A DNA stretch of 64,000 nt, taken from positions 128,001 through 192,000 of the forward strand of contig JBEKVV010000001.1 of assembly GCA_049513715.1 (NCBI GenBank), written 5' to 3'. Positions within the stretch are counted from its first letter, which is position 1. Each line of letters begins with the position of its first letter. The DNA is from Candidatus Bathyarchaeia archaeon. Lineage in GTDB: Archaea > Thermoproteota > Bathyarchaeia > 40CM-2-53-6. The position numbers and the translations under genes are program-made. The notes below the pieces were generated by a model. That model searched no databases, was not told the DNA's origin, and was given only the letters and a program-made list of their open reading frames with translations. Below are positions 29,340 through 37,846 of the stretch, one piece after another.

Positions 29340-29711
29340 TTGAGGGACAGTGAGATTGTGGTCGAGCTGATTGTTCTCGAACCTGATTTGTTCTTTTCAT
29401 CTAGGATTGAGAGCATTTCCGCGAAACTTGGAATTGAAATCCGGATTCTGACAAGCCTGCAAGATCTTCGAGCAGCTCTGAGTGTTGAAGCGCCCAAGGT
29501 TCTGGTGGTCAATTTAGACGCATTGGCGGCGGAACTAGAAACCCTGGGGAAGTTGACTGATAAGAAGTCGTTCAAAATCGTGGGTTACTACTCTCATGTG
29601 AATGCCAAGTTGGCTGAGGAGGCTAGGAAGTTTGGGGCTGACTTGGTTCTTCCACGAAGCGCTTTTGCCAACAGAATCCAGGATGTGTTGTCTGGGCTAA
29701 TGTCGGGCTGA
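29340..29711 (+). CDS. Degenerate receiver-like domain protein
   Basis: DLFFSSRI...LVVNL...GYYSHV...A.K.GAD.V.PRS, a CheY-like fold with Asn at the phospho-Asp position. Confidence 0.65.
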   Translation: MRDSEIVVELIVLEPDLFFSSRIESISAKLGIEIRILTSLQDLRAALSVEAPKVLVVNLDALAAELETLGKLTDKKSFKIVGYYSHVNAKLAEEARKFGADLVLPRSAFANRIQDVLSGLMSG

Positions 29712-29712
29712 A

Positions 29713-30555
29713 TCAGGCCGCTAGCTCTTTCGCTTTGCGGAGGTCACGCAGTTCGTCTCCATTTTCGTCTATTGGAGTTTCCATTATGAAGGGTAGGTTT
29801 CGGATCTCTTCATGTTTGAAGAGAGCTTTGAACCCATTCTCGCCGATGTATCCCAACCCTATGTGCTCGTGCCTGTCGCGCCCTGAACCTTGTGGCCCTT
29901 TCGAATCGTTCAGGTGGACCACTTTTAGCATCTCGATCCCCAGAACCGCATCGAACCTACTGAATGTATCGTCAACTCCATGGGGGGTTCGGAGGTCGTA
30001 GCCTGCAGCAAAGGCATGTGCGGTATCAAAACAAACGCCCACTCTGTTCTTCTCTTCGATTCCGTTGATGATTCGTTTGATTTCCTCAAAAGTGGAGCCC
30101 ATGCTGTTCTTCGTCCCAGCAGTGTTCTCCAAGAGCAACATTGCTTCACCACGGTCGGCGGACAGAACCGTGTTGATTGCGGCAGTGAGCTTCTCAAGGC
30201 CCATCTCTGCTCCTCTGCCAAGGTGGCTACCTAGGTGTGTGACGATGTACGGTATTCCAAGGGTTGCACAACGGTCGAACTCGGCTGAAAGCGATTTGAG
30301 TGATTTGTTGTAGATGGGTTTGTTTGGGCTTGAGAGGTTGGGCAGGTAGGGCATATGTGTCACAACTGGGCTGAGCCCGTACGATTCACTCTTCCGCCTG
30401 AACTCTTTCACCTCATCTGTGCCTAGCTTGCTGAATTTCCACCCTCTAGGGTTTCGTGTGAACATCTGGAAGCATTCACAGCCCAATTCACGCGCGCGGT
30501 CGAATGCTTGGTCTTTGGTTCCGGAGATTGAAACGTGCACACCTAGCTTGACCAA
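29713..30555 (-). CDS. nfo: Endonuclease IV
   Basis: GVHVSISG, HMPYLPNL, ENTAG, CFDTAHAFAAGYD, HLNDSK, DRHEHIG, METP; TTG start at 30555. Confidence 0.96.
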   Translation of the reverse strand: MVKLGVHVSISGTKDQAFDRARELGCECFQMFTRNPRGWKFSKLGTDEVKEFRRKSESYGLSPVVTHMPYLPNLSSPNKPIYNKSLKSLSAEFDRCATLGIPYIVTHLGSHLGRGAEMGLEKLTAAINTVLSADRGEAMLLLENTAGTKNSMGSTFEEIKRIINGIEEKNRVGVCFDTAHAFAAGYDLRTPHGVDDTFSRFDAVLGIEMLKVVHLNDSKGPQGSGRDRHEHIGLGYIGENGFKALFKHEEIRNLPFIMETPIDENGDELRDLRKAKELAA

Positions 30556-30712
30556 GTGAAACCGCACCTCGTGGAGAAGTGATTGAACTAGCTGATTGTT
30601 TGAATAAAAAAGATGTTCCAGAGTATCATTCCACTTTGCTTTCACTCACAATTGCATCGGGTTCTCTTGTCGGAAAGGTTGATATGATAACGGACCTGCA
30701 CCGTGCAGCGAT

Positions 30713-30850
30713 GGCCGCCGTAGCGTAGAGGAGTCCAACAACTCCACGAAACTTGGTAGCGTACAGACCATAAATGGGTACAAGGCTGTGGACCCTGCGG
30801 GGTGGGTTCAAAGCGCCCTCAAAAACGGCGTGAAACTCCCACCGGCGGCC
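30713..30850 (+). tRNA. tRNA-His(GTG) with three BHB introns (15/16, 29/30, 59/60)
   Basis: Removing 30729-30751, 30767-30783 and 30813-30836 gives G GCCGCCG TA GCGT AGCTTGGTA GCGT A CAGGG CTGTGGA CCCTG CGGG GTGGG TTCAAAT CCCAC CGGCGGC C. G-1:C73 is encoded, CCA is not. Confidence 0.9.
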
Positions 30851-30931
30851 CTCAAATTCCGGATGATTTTTCTGGCACTTGAACTCTAGAGATTGCAGTC
30901 TGTACGGATGGGATGTACAATCATAGATCAA

Positions 30932-31153
30932 ATGCAGCGTCGGACGGGACCGGGTTCGTGCGAAGTGTGTGGAAAACGCCCTGCAACTAGGAAAGCCAAA
31001 TTCACGGCGCAGTCCCTTGAATCGGCAGCGACCATGCCATTCGATGAGGAGGCTATGGTTGAAACGAATTTCGAGAAGAGGTTGTGTGAAGAATGTCTGG
31101 TGGCTCTGGGGAAAGCGAAGAATGTTTCAAATCTCGTTTCTGAACGGCTGTAG
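30932..31153 (+). CDS. Small zinc-finger protein
   Basis: CEVCGKRPAT...RLCEEC. Confidence 0.7.
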   Translation: MQRRTGPGSCEVCGKRPATRKAKFTAQSLESAATMPFDEEAMVETNFEKRLCEECLVALGKAKNVSNLVSERL

Positions 31154-31271
31154 ATTGCTGGAGTTTTCGTTGTGCGGTCTTGGGGTAGGATAACGAAAAC
31201 TGAGCTGCAACCTTTTTCGGTGCTATAGCTGGTAAGGGTTAAAGGTTCGAGCGAACGGGGTTAGGGGAAGT

Positions 31272-31388
31272 GGGCCGGTAGTTCAGCCTGGTATGCCAGA
31301 TCCTTACTGGGCCAAAGAATGTCCGGTTTGCAAGTTCTTACACCAAGAGTCCGGAAGGTCGCGGGTCCAAATCCCGCCCGGTCCACCA
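31272..31388 (+). tRNA. tRNA-Ala(TGC) with two BHB introns (21/22, 37/38)
   Basis: GGGCCGG/CCGGTCC acceptor with G3:U70; introns 31295-31316 and 31333-31349; mature anticodon loop TTTGCAT; CCA encoded. Confidence 0.9.
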
Positions 31389-31484
31389 AAAACCGCTTTG
31401 GCGCCTTGGGTCTATCGTGAAGCTGTGTTAAGGACTAGGCAACAGAAACCGCCTGACAGATCACTCGATTTCCGGCGGGAGGCA

Positions 31485-32090
31485 TTATTCCAGCGGCTTA
31501 TCGAATTGTGCTGTGCTTACTTTCTTGCGAGTCTCAGCCACCAGAGCCATGACAGTTGGTAGCTTGATTTTTTCGAGTTTCGAGAGTATGTCTTCAACTA
31601 TGCGTGCTCGTCGAACCTGTTCATTTCCAAGTGAATATTCTTCGTACGCCCAGAGCAGAGCTTCGATTTTGTCGGCTGCCTTGACGATGCTGGATTCCGT
31701 ATTTTCCATGTCGGCTGTGGCTTTTCTGATCTTGACATATTCGTGGGCAAGCTCCTCGGGAAGCCCTCCCATGAGGTTTTCGAACCATTCCATTGCGCGA
31801 GCATCCAACACCCCCGCGAAGGATGTATCCTGGTGTTTGAATGGGTGGTGAATATCTCCAGTTCTAGCTTCTTCTGCGTCGTGTAGCAAAGCCATTCTCA
31901 GTAGTCTTTCAACATTGACTTGGTTCCCATTCCTAATTTCGAGGTCTGCGAGAATCATTGCATAGAGAGCGGTGAAGTATGAATGCTGAGCTACATCTTC
32001 GCGGATATGGCACTTGTAGACGCTGAATCTTCCCACCGTCATTAGAGACCTTATTGCCAGCAGGAAATCAAGGACTTCTAGATCGACCAA
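31485..32090 (-). CDS. HD-domain 5'-deoxynucleotidase (YfbR-like)
   Basis: EDVAQHS, ALLHDAEEARTGD, VKAADKIE. Confidence 0.9.
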   Translation of the reverse strand: MVDLEVLDFLLAIRSLMTVGRFSVYKCHIREDVAQHSYFTALYAMILADLEIRNGNQVNVERLLRMALLHDAEEARTGDIHHPFKHQDTSFAGVLDARAMEWFENLMGGLPEELAHEYVKIRKATADMENTESSIVKAADKIEALLWAYEEYSLGNEQVRRARIVEDILSKLEKIKLPTVMALVAETRKKVSTAQFDKPLE

Positions 32091-32283
32091 TTCCTTTCAG
32101 AGGTCTCAAGCACTCATTGGATATTCAGGTTTTCGAATTGACCTATGAGCCGAAGTGTCAAGATTAGAATTGGATGAGCTAGCTGTTTCGGAGAATAACA
32201 GATGGCCGGAAAGACAAAGCTGCAATAGGCTGAACAGCAGCCGCTCGTCGGCTCTGTATCTGCGGTTCCCAAAAATGGGAGGT

Positions 32284-32436
32284 TTAGAGAACGGCTGGTG
32301 GAGGATTAGAGTATAATACTGGCACCGGGAACCTGTATGTGACGTAGTTCAGAGGGAAGTAGACTATAGGTAGCTGGTTGGGTGGCTGAAGTTCTACGGG
32401 CGTGTAGACTGGTCTAGCGAAATACACGTATGACAT
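32284..32436 (-). CDS. 50-aa Pro/Val/Tyr-rich microprotein (not in ORF track)
   Basis: MSYVYFARPVYTPVELQPPNQLPIVYFPLNYVTYRFPVPVLYSNPPPAVL*; start context AGAAATGTCATAC is identical to that at 45361. Confidence 0.65.
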   Translation of the reverse strand: MSYVYFARPVYTPVELQPPNQLPIVYFPLNYVTYRFPVPVLYSNPPPAVL

Positions 32437-32676
32437 TTCTAACACTATTCGCATTTAAGCCCAGTTTACTCGTGATAAAGGTTGTGCGAGCCGCACCATC
32501 CTTCGTGCCTTTTTCATCTTGAGCTTGCAGCTATAAATCAACACGTGGCTGTCAACGGGTTTTGACTTGCGGATGCATGTTTAATGTTGGTTGTCAAAGG
32601 CAAACCATCGCGTATAGGCGGATTTTTGCTTACCCCGAATGCGGCAACCGTTATGTGATTCGTAGACGGACCCTTA

Positions 32677-33645
32677 ATGTTCACTGAGGATTCAAGAATG
32701 GAAACCGTACCAGGCCTAATGCCGGCTCCAATGGTTGTAAGTGACAGATCTAAGCCAGTCGTGATTAGGCCGCCAGAAGTGAGCTCAGCTCATGATTTCG
32801 CCATGATCGCCTACATCCTGACGTTAATTCTCACTGTTCCGTGGCTCCTCATACTTGGAGTAATTGGGTACTATGGTGCCTTGAACGCCCTCTACCTGTA
32901 TGGTTATGGGGCTCCATACTTCCTGCCCCCGACTGTGCCATCATCAATCATAGGGATACCGCTCATCGGGCCATTCATCGCATTTCTCGTCTTCGTCCTC
33001 ACTCCCTCGTACATTACATACTTGGGCCTAGGAATCGGTGGCCTACTAATCCTCCTAATCTTCTTGCTCATCGTCTACTTCACCACCGTACGCAACATAA
33101 ACCGGGGCCGCTACGAGAGGGCCCGCAATGCCTCACTCTTCTGGGGCGTACTGTTCCTGCTACCCGCCTTCTTCGTCATATTCTCGCCAGTACTCACCGG
33201 AAGCATCGTAGGAATACTTCCAGCGTTCTTCTTCCTGCTAGCGTGGGGAAAACTCAGTGAAGTCATCGCGAAGTACGGGCCGGTCGCGGTTCTAGGTGAA
33301 GCTGTTCCAGGAGCCCCATTCGCGGGCCCACCAGGGCCACCGCCTCCACCAATGGGACTTCCAATGCCTCCACCGATGGGTGGACCGATGGGTGGACCCA
33401 TGGGTGGACCCATGGGTGGACCGATGGGAGCGCCAATGACTGCACCAATGGGAGGACCGATGCCCGCAGGTTCGATGCCACTCGGCGGACCAATGTCAGG
33501 AGGTCCCGCACCTATGCAACCCTCTCAACCGGCGGGTGCACCTTCAAGGATTCCACTGTGCCCGACCTGCGGCAAAGACCTCTACTACGCCGCTAACCAT
33601 AGACGCTGGTATTGCCAGACCTGCGATAACCCAGGCAACCGCTAA
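32677..33645 (+). CDS. Membrane protein with Pro/Met/Gly-rich tail and C-terminal zinc ribbon
   Basis: Several TM helices, PMGG repeats, CPTCG...WYCQTC. Confidence 0.85.
   Translation: MFTEDSRMETVPGLMPAPMVVSDRSKPVVIRPPEVSSAHDFAMIAYILTLILTVPWLLILGVIGYYGALNALYLYGYGAPYFLPPTVPSSIIGIPLIGPFIAFLVFVLTPSYITYLGLGIGGLLILLIFLLIVYFTTVRNINRGRYERARNASLFWGVLFLLPAFFVIFSPVLTGSIVGILPAFFFLLAWGKLSEVIAKYGPVAVLGEAVPGAPFAGPPGPPPPPMGLPMPPPMGGPMGGPMGGPMGGPMGAPMTAPMGGPMPAGSMPLGGPMSGGPAPMQPSQPAGAPSRIPLCPTCGKDLYYAANHRRWYCQTCDNPGNR
33373..33429 (+). repeat. 12-nt coding tandem repeat CC(G/C)ATGGGTGGA (PMGG), 4 copies plus a partial
   Basis: Directly visible; degenerate copies continue to about 33500. Confidence 0.9.
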
Positions 33646-33655
33646 ACCAGAACGT

Positions 33656-34507
33656 CTATCCAAACTCCCTCAATTGCTTGACACGGCCCAAGTAGGTTCC
33701 ATCGAGCAAGTGAACCTCAGCGTTATCCATGTCCACAGCCCCGGACCGAATCAAGGGTCCCAAACCTTCACTGGCATGAGCCTCTTCCATTCTTTTCGAG
33801 TTAACCGGCCGGCCTCCCAAGAAATCGTTGAAGGGCGGAACAAAGACACACCGCGAAACCTTGAGTTTCACATGAAAGTTCTCCTCTAACTGCTTTTCCA
33901 GGTCTCCCTTCGTCCTAATGCCCGCAGCTTTCAAAGTTCCCCGAAGTAGCTTTTTCGCGTCACAAGGTGCCATTACCCATGCAGGTTTCGTTAACCTGTA
34001 ACCCAAAGCATCACGCAATGTCACGGCAGGATGAAGATGGCCGAGAATTGCGGTTTCACACCCAAGTATTTCAGGCGATGGCCAAGCGTGGCCATGCAAC
34101 AACCCAAACCTACCCCAAAGTGCGATCCCCGTTGGCGAAAGTAACTCGACTTTCGACGGAGTTAACGGTTCTAGATTGCCGTCATGATTTCCAACGAGGA
34201 TCTGAACAGAGGGAACGAGTTTCACCAGGACTTCAAAGAACTCTGGAACATCTCGCCACTCCTCGAGCTCAGCCCCCGTGACGCTGTGTTTGACATCTCC
34301 TAGCATTATGAGGCGTGTGGGATGTTCTTTCTCGATTATTGCCTTGAGCCTCTGGAGCATCTTGGAGGTTTGCGAGGGAACATGAATCCCCTGCTGAGCC
34401 AATGAAACCTCCCAACCAATGTGAAGATCACCGACAACAACGACTCTCTCAGACCCTTTCCGCAGAAGCAGTGCGGGCTCAGAGCCAATTGGCTTGAGAG
34501 AACTCAA
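33656..34507 (-). CDS. Metallophosphoesterase (COG1407-like)
   Basis: GDLHIG, LGDVKH, GNHDG, HGH, GHLHP, PPFN. TTG 34507 is preferred because 34546-34558 looks like the tRNA-Gln promoter. Confidence 0.9.
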   Translation of the reverse strand: MSSLKPIGSEPALLLRKGSERVVVVGDLHIGWEVSLAQQGIHVPSQTSKMLQRLKAIIEKEHPTRLIMLGDVKHSVTGAELEEWRDVPEFFEVLVKLVPSVQILVGNHDGNLEPLTPSKVELLSPTGIALWGRFGLLHGHAWPSPEILGCETAILGHLHPAVTLRDALGYRLTKPAWVMAPCDAKKLLRGTLKAAGIRTKGDLEKQLEENFHVKLKVSRCVFVPPFNDFLGGRPVNSKRMEEAHASEGLGPLIRSGAVDMDNAEVHLLDGTYLGRVKQLREFG

Positions 34508-34586
34508 TTGAATTATCCTGCGAACATATGATCCGGTCTCAGACAAAAGGTTAGATAGCACTCGCGGTTTTCCACAATGACGTTGT

Positions 34587-34700
34587 AGCCCGGTGGTGTA
34601 GTGGACAGTTCAAACCCGCAGAAGCATAGAGGGCTTTGGACCCTCCGACGGGAGTTCGAATGGCATTGAAGAATGCCCGAAGGTCTCCCCCGGGCTACCA
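34587..34700 (+). tRNA. tRNA-Gln(TTG) with two BHB introns (D-loop 20a/20b, 59/60)
   Basis: AGCCCGG/CCGGGCT acceptor; GAGGG CTTTGGA CCCTC; introns 34607-34621 and 34661-34683; CCA encoded. Confidence 0.92.
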
Positions 34701-34702
34701 AC

Positions 34703-35020
34703 CTACTTCATCTTCAATTCTATGCCAACAGTTCGCTTGATGAGTTGCGCTAGAACATCGGCTTGCGCTTTCGCCCCACCCTTTGCAGGGATGGAGACTA
34801 CAAGCGGGAACTCTTTCTTGGTCCGTTCCAAGACTGGCTGAATCCACTCGAACACTGGCTCAGTGACCATGACAAGCGAGATCGTCTCATCCGAATGCAC
34901 TCTCCTAAACACTCTCTCCGCATCCTCCCGGTCTTTAACTGCGTAGCTATTCTTTATCCCGGTCACCTTGAAATATGCCGACGTAGCCCGATCGGAAATC
35001 AGCGCGATCCTTCCCGAAAT
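34703..35020 (-). CDS. atpF: A/V-type ATP synthase subunit F
   Basis: RIALISDRATSAYFKVTG...PLVVSIP...LIKRTVGIEL; homology extends upstream of the track GTG to an ATT at 35020. Confidence 0.85.
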   Translation of the reverse strand: MSGRIALISDRATSAYFKVTGIKNSYAVKDREDAERVFRRVHSDETISLVMVTEPVFEWIQPVLERTKKEFPLVVSIPAKGGAKAQADVLAQLIKRTVGIELKMK

Positions 35021-35053
35021 TCCTCACACTCCACTATAGCGTCCATGGGCAGA

Positions 35054-35521
35054 TTAGAATTGTCGCAGCACATCCTCACGTTCCATGATGTGCCCACAAT
35101 AGTGGCACCGTAAACGTATCGGTTCCTTCTGGTCCACGCCGAACTGTGGTTCAACAGGTTCTCTGGAATTTGATATACATGCAATGTTATCGCACTTCAA
35201 AATTCCTCTGATGTCGGGCGGAAGTTGCACAACCTTTTTCGAGACCACGCCGTAGTTTCTGATTATGTTGATTGTCGCATTTGGAGCAATCAAGGCGATT
35301 TTGTCGACCTCACCGGGCTTGAGCTCCCGATTCTGAATCTTCACAATATCCTTGTGCTGTTGCCGTTTGCTTTCCACATTCATAGCCACGCTCACAACCT
35401 CGCCGTCCTTGCCGTCGATGCCAAGGATCTTCAATACATCTAACGCGAACCCAGAGGTAATATGGTCGATGACGGAACCGTCTTCAATTTTCTTCACGTA
35501 CAGTTCTTGGCGCGCCTGCAA
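35054..35521 (-). CDS. pyrI: Aspartate carbamoyltransferase regulatory chain
   Basis: GSVIDHI, KDIVKI, APNATINII, CDNIACISN, RCHYC. Confidence 0.96.
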   Translation of the reverse strand: MQARQELYVKKIEDGSVIDHITSGFALDVLKILGIDGKDGEVVSVAMNVESKRQQHKDIVKIQNRELKPGEVDKIALIAPNATINIIRNYGVVSKKVVQLPPDIRGILKCDNIACISNSREPVEPQFGVDQKEPIRLRCHYCGHIMEREDVLRQF

Positions 35522-35592
35522 CGCTAGTCAGTTGATTAAGCCTCCCAAGAGTTATTTAACCATGAAAACCAACAAGAGGCTGGCGCTGACAC

Positions 35593-36513
35593 GTGGATTT
35601 CGCTGGGCGTGACATCGTTTCAATAAAGGATTTTTCACGTGAGGAAATTGACTTCGTTCTTCAGATGACAGATGTGGTTGAGCCTATGGCCAAGAACGGA
35701 TCGCACGGGCTCGACGGCAAGATTATGGCCACGCTATTCTTTGAGCCAAGCACCCGCACTAGGTTGAGCTTCGAATCCGCGATGTACCGCTACGGTGGCA
35801 AATGCTTGGGATTCGCGGAACCGAAGGTCGCCTCAGTTCAGAAGGGCGAAAACCTAGCGGACACGGTTCGAGTCGTGGAGAGCTATGCGGACGTTCTTGT
35901 TATTCGGCATCAGCTGGAAGGAGCCGCGCGTCTTGCGGCCGAATTCGCTTCCATACCCGTGATTAATGCAGGCACGGGTGCTGAGGAGCATCCGACACAG
36001 GCCATGCTCGACCTCTACACGATGCGTAAGGAATTTGGCAAGATTGATGGGTTGAACGTGGTTTTGGCCGGCGATCTGAGATACGGTCGCACGGTTCACT
36101 CGCTTGCATATGCACTCTCATTGTACGACATCAACCTGTACTTGGTTTCGCCTTCTATTCTTCGTATGAGGAAGGAGGTCCTTGAAGAAGTACAAGGTCG
36201 AATCAAGATTGAGGAGTTAGAGGACCTTTCGAAAGTCATGTCAAAGGCCGATGTCATCTATATGACCCGGATTCAGAAGGAACGGTTCGGGTCGCTGGAA
36301 GACTATGAGAAAGTCCGTGGGTCTTACCGGCTGACGGCTGAGGATTTGACGGTCGCGAAGCCAAACATGATCGTGATGCACCCGCTGCCTAGGGTTGACG
36401 AAATCGCGGATAGCGTGGACGGAACGCCCCATGCAAAATACTTCAAGCAAGTCTGGTATGGGTTGCTTGTCAGAATGAGCCTCATTGGATTAGTGTTGGG
36501 CGCCCTGAGCTAA
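35593..36513 (+). CDS. pyrB: Aspartate carbamoyltransferase catalytic chain
   Basis: FFEPSTRTRLSF, HPTQ, GDLRYGRTVHS, TRIQKER, MHPLPR. Confidence 0.97.
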   Translation: MDFAGRDIVSIKDFSREEIDFVLQMTDVVEPMAKNGSHGLDGKIMATLFFEPSTRTRLSFESAMYRYGGKCLGFAEPKVASVQKGENLADTVRVVESYADVLVIRHQLEGAARLAAEFASIPVINAGTGAEEHPTQAMLDLYTMRKEFGKIDGLNVVLAGDLRYGRTVHSLAYALSLYDINLYLVSPSILRMRKEVLEEVQGRIKIEELEDLSKVMSKADVIYMTRIQKERFGSLEDYEKVRGSYRLTAEDLTVAKPNMIVMHPLPRVDEIADSVDGTPHAKYFKQVWYGLLVRMSLIGLVLGALS

Positions 36514-36577
36514 GCGGATGTGTTACCTAAGGTAACGCTTATATGACGATCTCCGCCACCATGTTCCAGGATTAGGG

Positions 36578-37336
36578 ATGCGACTCGAAATTCAACCTGC
36601 ATCGCGAAAACGTCGAGTCCTGCCCATGCACGTCGTCAACTACACTGCTTTTCGCGTAGACTTCAAAACCAAGAATGAAGAGAGCGAACTACATCTATTG
36701 GAAAAGTTCCACGCCGCGAGAGTTCTATCTCGAGGCGGCGATGTAGATACTTATGTGGAACCCATACTCTACGACCCTGAAGAGCATTCGAGAAGACTGC
36801 TGACTGCGGACCTAGTAGGTATTCAGGAGGACAACCTCACCGCTGTCTTCTGCGAAACATCACCGCCGGACGAGGCATTGATGAAGGATTTGGAGGTTGT
36901 CGACGGTGCTGAGAATTCCAAAGCGGTCGTGGTTTATCCATTCAGAGTTGATGCTGAACCTATCGATTCAAAGTTCCCTGGCGCCATTGAAAGCGGCAAG
37001 GTAGTGATTGAGCACCTGAATTGGCGCGACCGCGGATTGGAGAAGGCGTTCCGCCAAGCATTGGAACTAATGGACCTTCTGTGCAACGAAACTCGCGTGA
37101 AGATGCTGCTCTCCCTCTTGGAGCACCCACAGGGGAAGAAGCATTTCAGGGAAGACATCAATCCTAAGCTGATCTACGAGAACGTCCCACTCCTGAGAAC
37201 ACACAACATGATAGATGAGCTGTCCGACGACCTGTACGGACTAACGCCGATCGGCACGACGATTCTAGGAGAGTACCTAGCTTTCGTCGAGAAAGTGCGA
37301 GACCTTCTGGAGAAGGGAGACAAGGAAGAAGAGTAA
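36578..37336 (+). CDS. Hypothetical protein: nuclease-like N-terminal domain plus C-terminal winged HTH
   Basis: TADLVG...AVFCET resembles PD-(D/E)xK strands; NETRVKML...YGLTPIG is a wHTH wing. Confidence 0.6.
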   Translation: MRLEIQPASRKRRVLPMHVVNYTAFRVDFKTKNEESELHLLEKFHAARVLSRGGDVDTYVEPILYDPEEHSRRLLTADLVGIQEDNLTAVFCETSPPDEALMKDLEVVDGAENSKAVVVYPFRVDAEPIDSKFPGAIESGKVVIEHLNWRDRGLEKAFRQALELMDLLCNETRVKMLLSLLEHPQGKKHFREDINPKLIYENVPLLRTHNMIDELSDDLYGLTPIGTTILGEYLAFVEKVRDLLEKGDKEEE

Positions 37337-37342
37337 ACGTAG

Positions 37343-37840
37343 GTGGTTCGTTTGAATACGATAGCTGAAGGCCTAGACAAATGTGAGAACTTTGTAGACG
37401 TATTCGAACTCGTCAAGAAGACTGCTGAGAGATCATTGGGTCAACGCCGGGCAGGTCTCATGCTCTACTTGGCCAGACTGCCGAGACACATTGGAGCGTT
37501 CCATACGATGGGGACGAATGGGATTGTGATGAACAGAAACACGTTGGACATAGTCACTCACGGCGCGCGTTCGCTGAGGGAAATCAACTCCTATGTCTAC
37601 TCGATCTTGCTTCACGAGTACCTGCACTCACTTGGGTACGTGGAAGAAAGTGATGTTCGAAAGCTAGTATACGATGTCTCACTCGACGCCTTCGGCCCAG
37701 AGCATCCAGCTACACAAATCGCCTCGAAAGGCCCAAGCGCGGTGTTCCCGGACATTGTTCTAAATGAGTCGCCGACGCAGGACCCTGAAATCGAAGTGAT
37801 CCCTGACTTAGAGGGAAGTAGCCACAGATACATCAGCTAG
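37343..37840 (+). CDS. Zincin-like (HExxH) conserved archaeal protein
   Basis: LLHEYLHSLG...E. Confidence 0.75.
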   Translation: MVRLNTIAEGLDKCENFVDVFELVKKTAERSLGQRRAGLMLYLARLPRHIGAFHTMGTNGIVMNRNTLDIVTHGARSLREINSYVYSILLHEYLHSLGYVEESDVRKLVYDVSLDAFGPEHPATQIASKGPSAVFPDIVLNESPTQDPEIEVIPDLEGSSHRYIS

Positions 37841-37846
37841 CAGAAA

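Noticed and set aside
30626..30931. Track ORFs over tRNA loci (also 31293-31562, 34513-34701, 40787-41005, 44545-44784)
   Set aside because: They overlap intron-containing tRNA genes and have no protein motifs.
31333..31349. CTTACAC looks like a tRNA-Val(TAC) anticodon loop
   Set aside because: It lies inside the 37/38 intron; G3:U70, the TCCGG/CCGGA stem and the BHB geometry identify Ala(TGC).
33373..33500. Short direct repeats as a CRISPR array
   Set aside because: 12-nt in-frame coding repeats without spacers; no cas genes or arrays were seen in the window.
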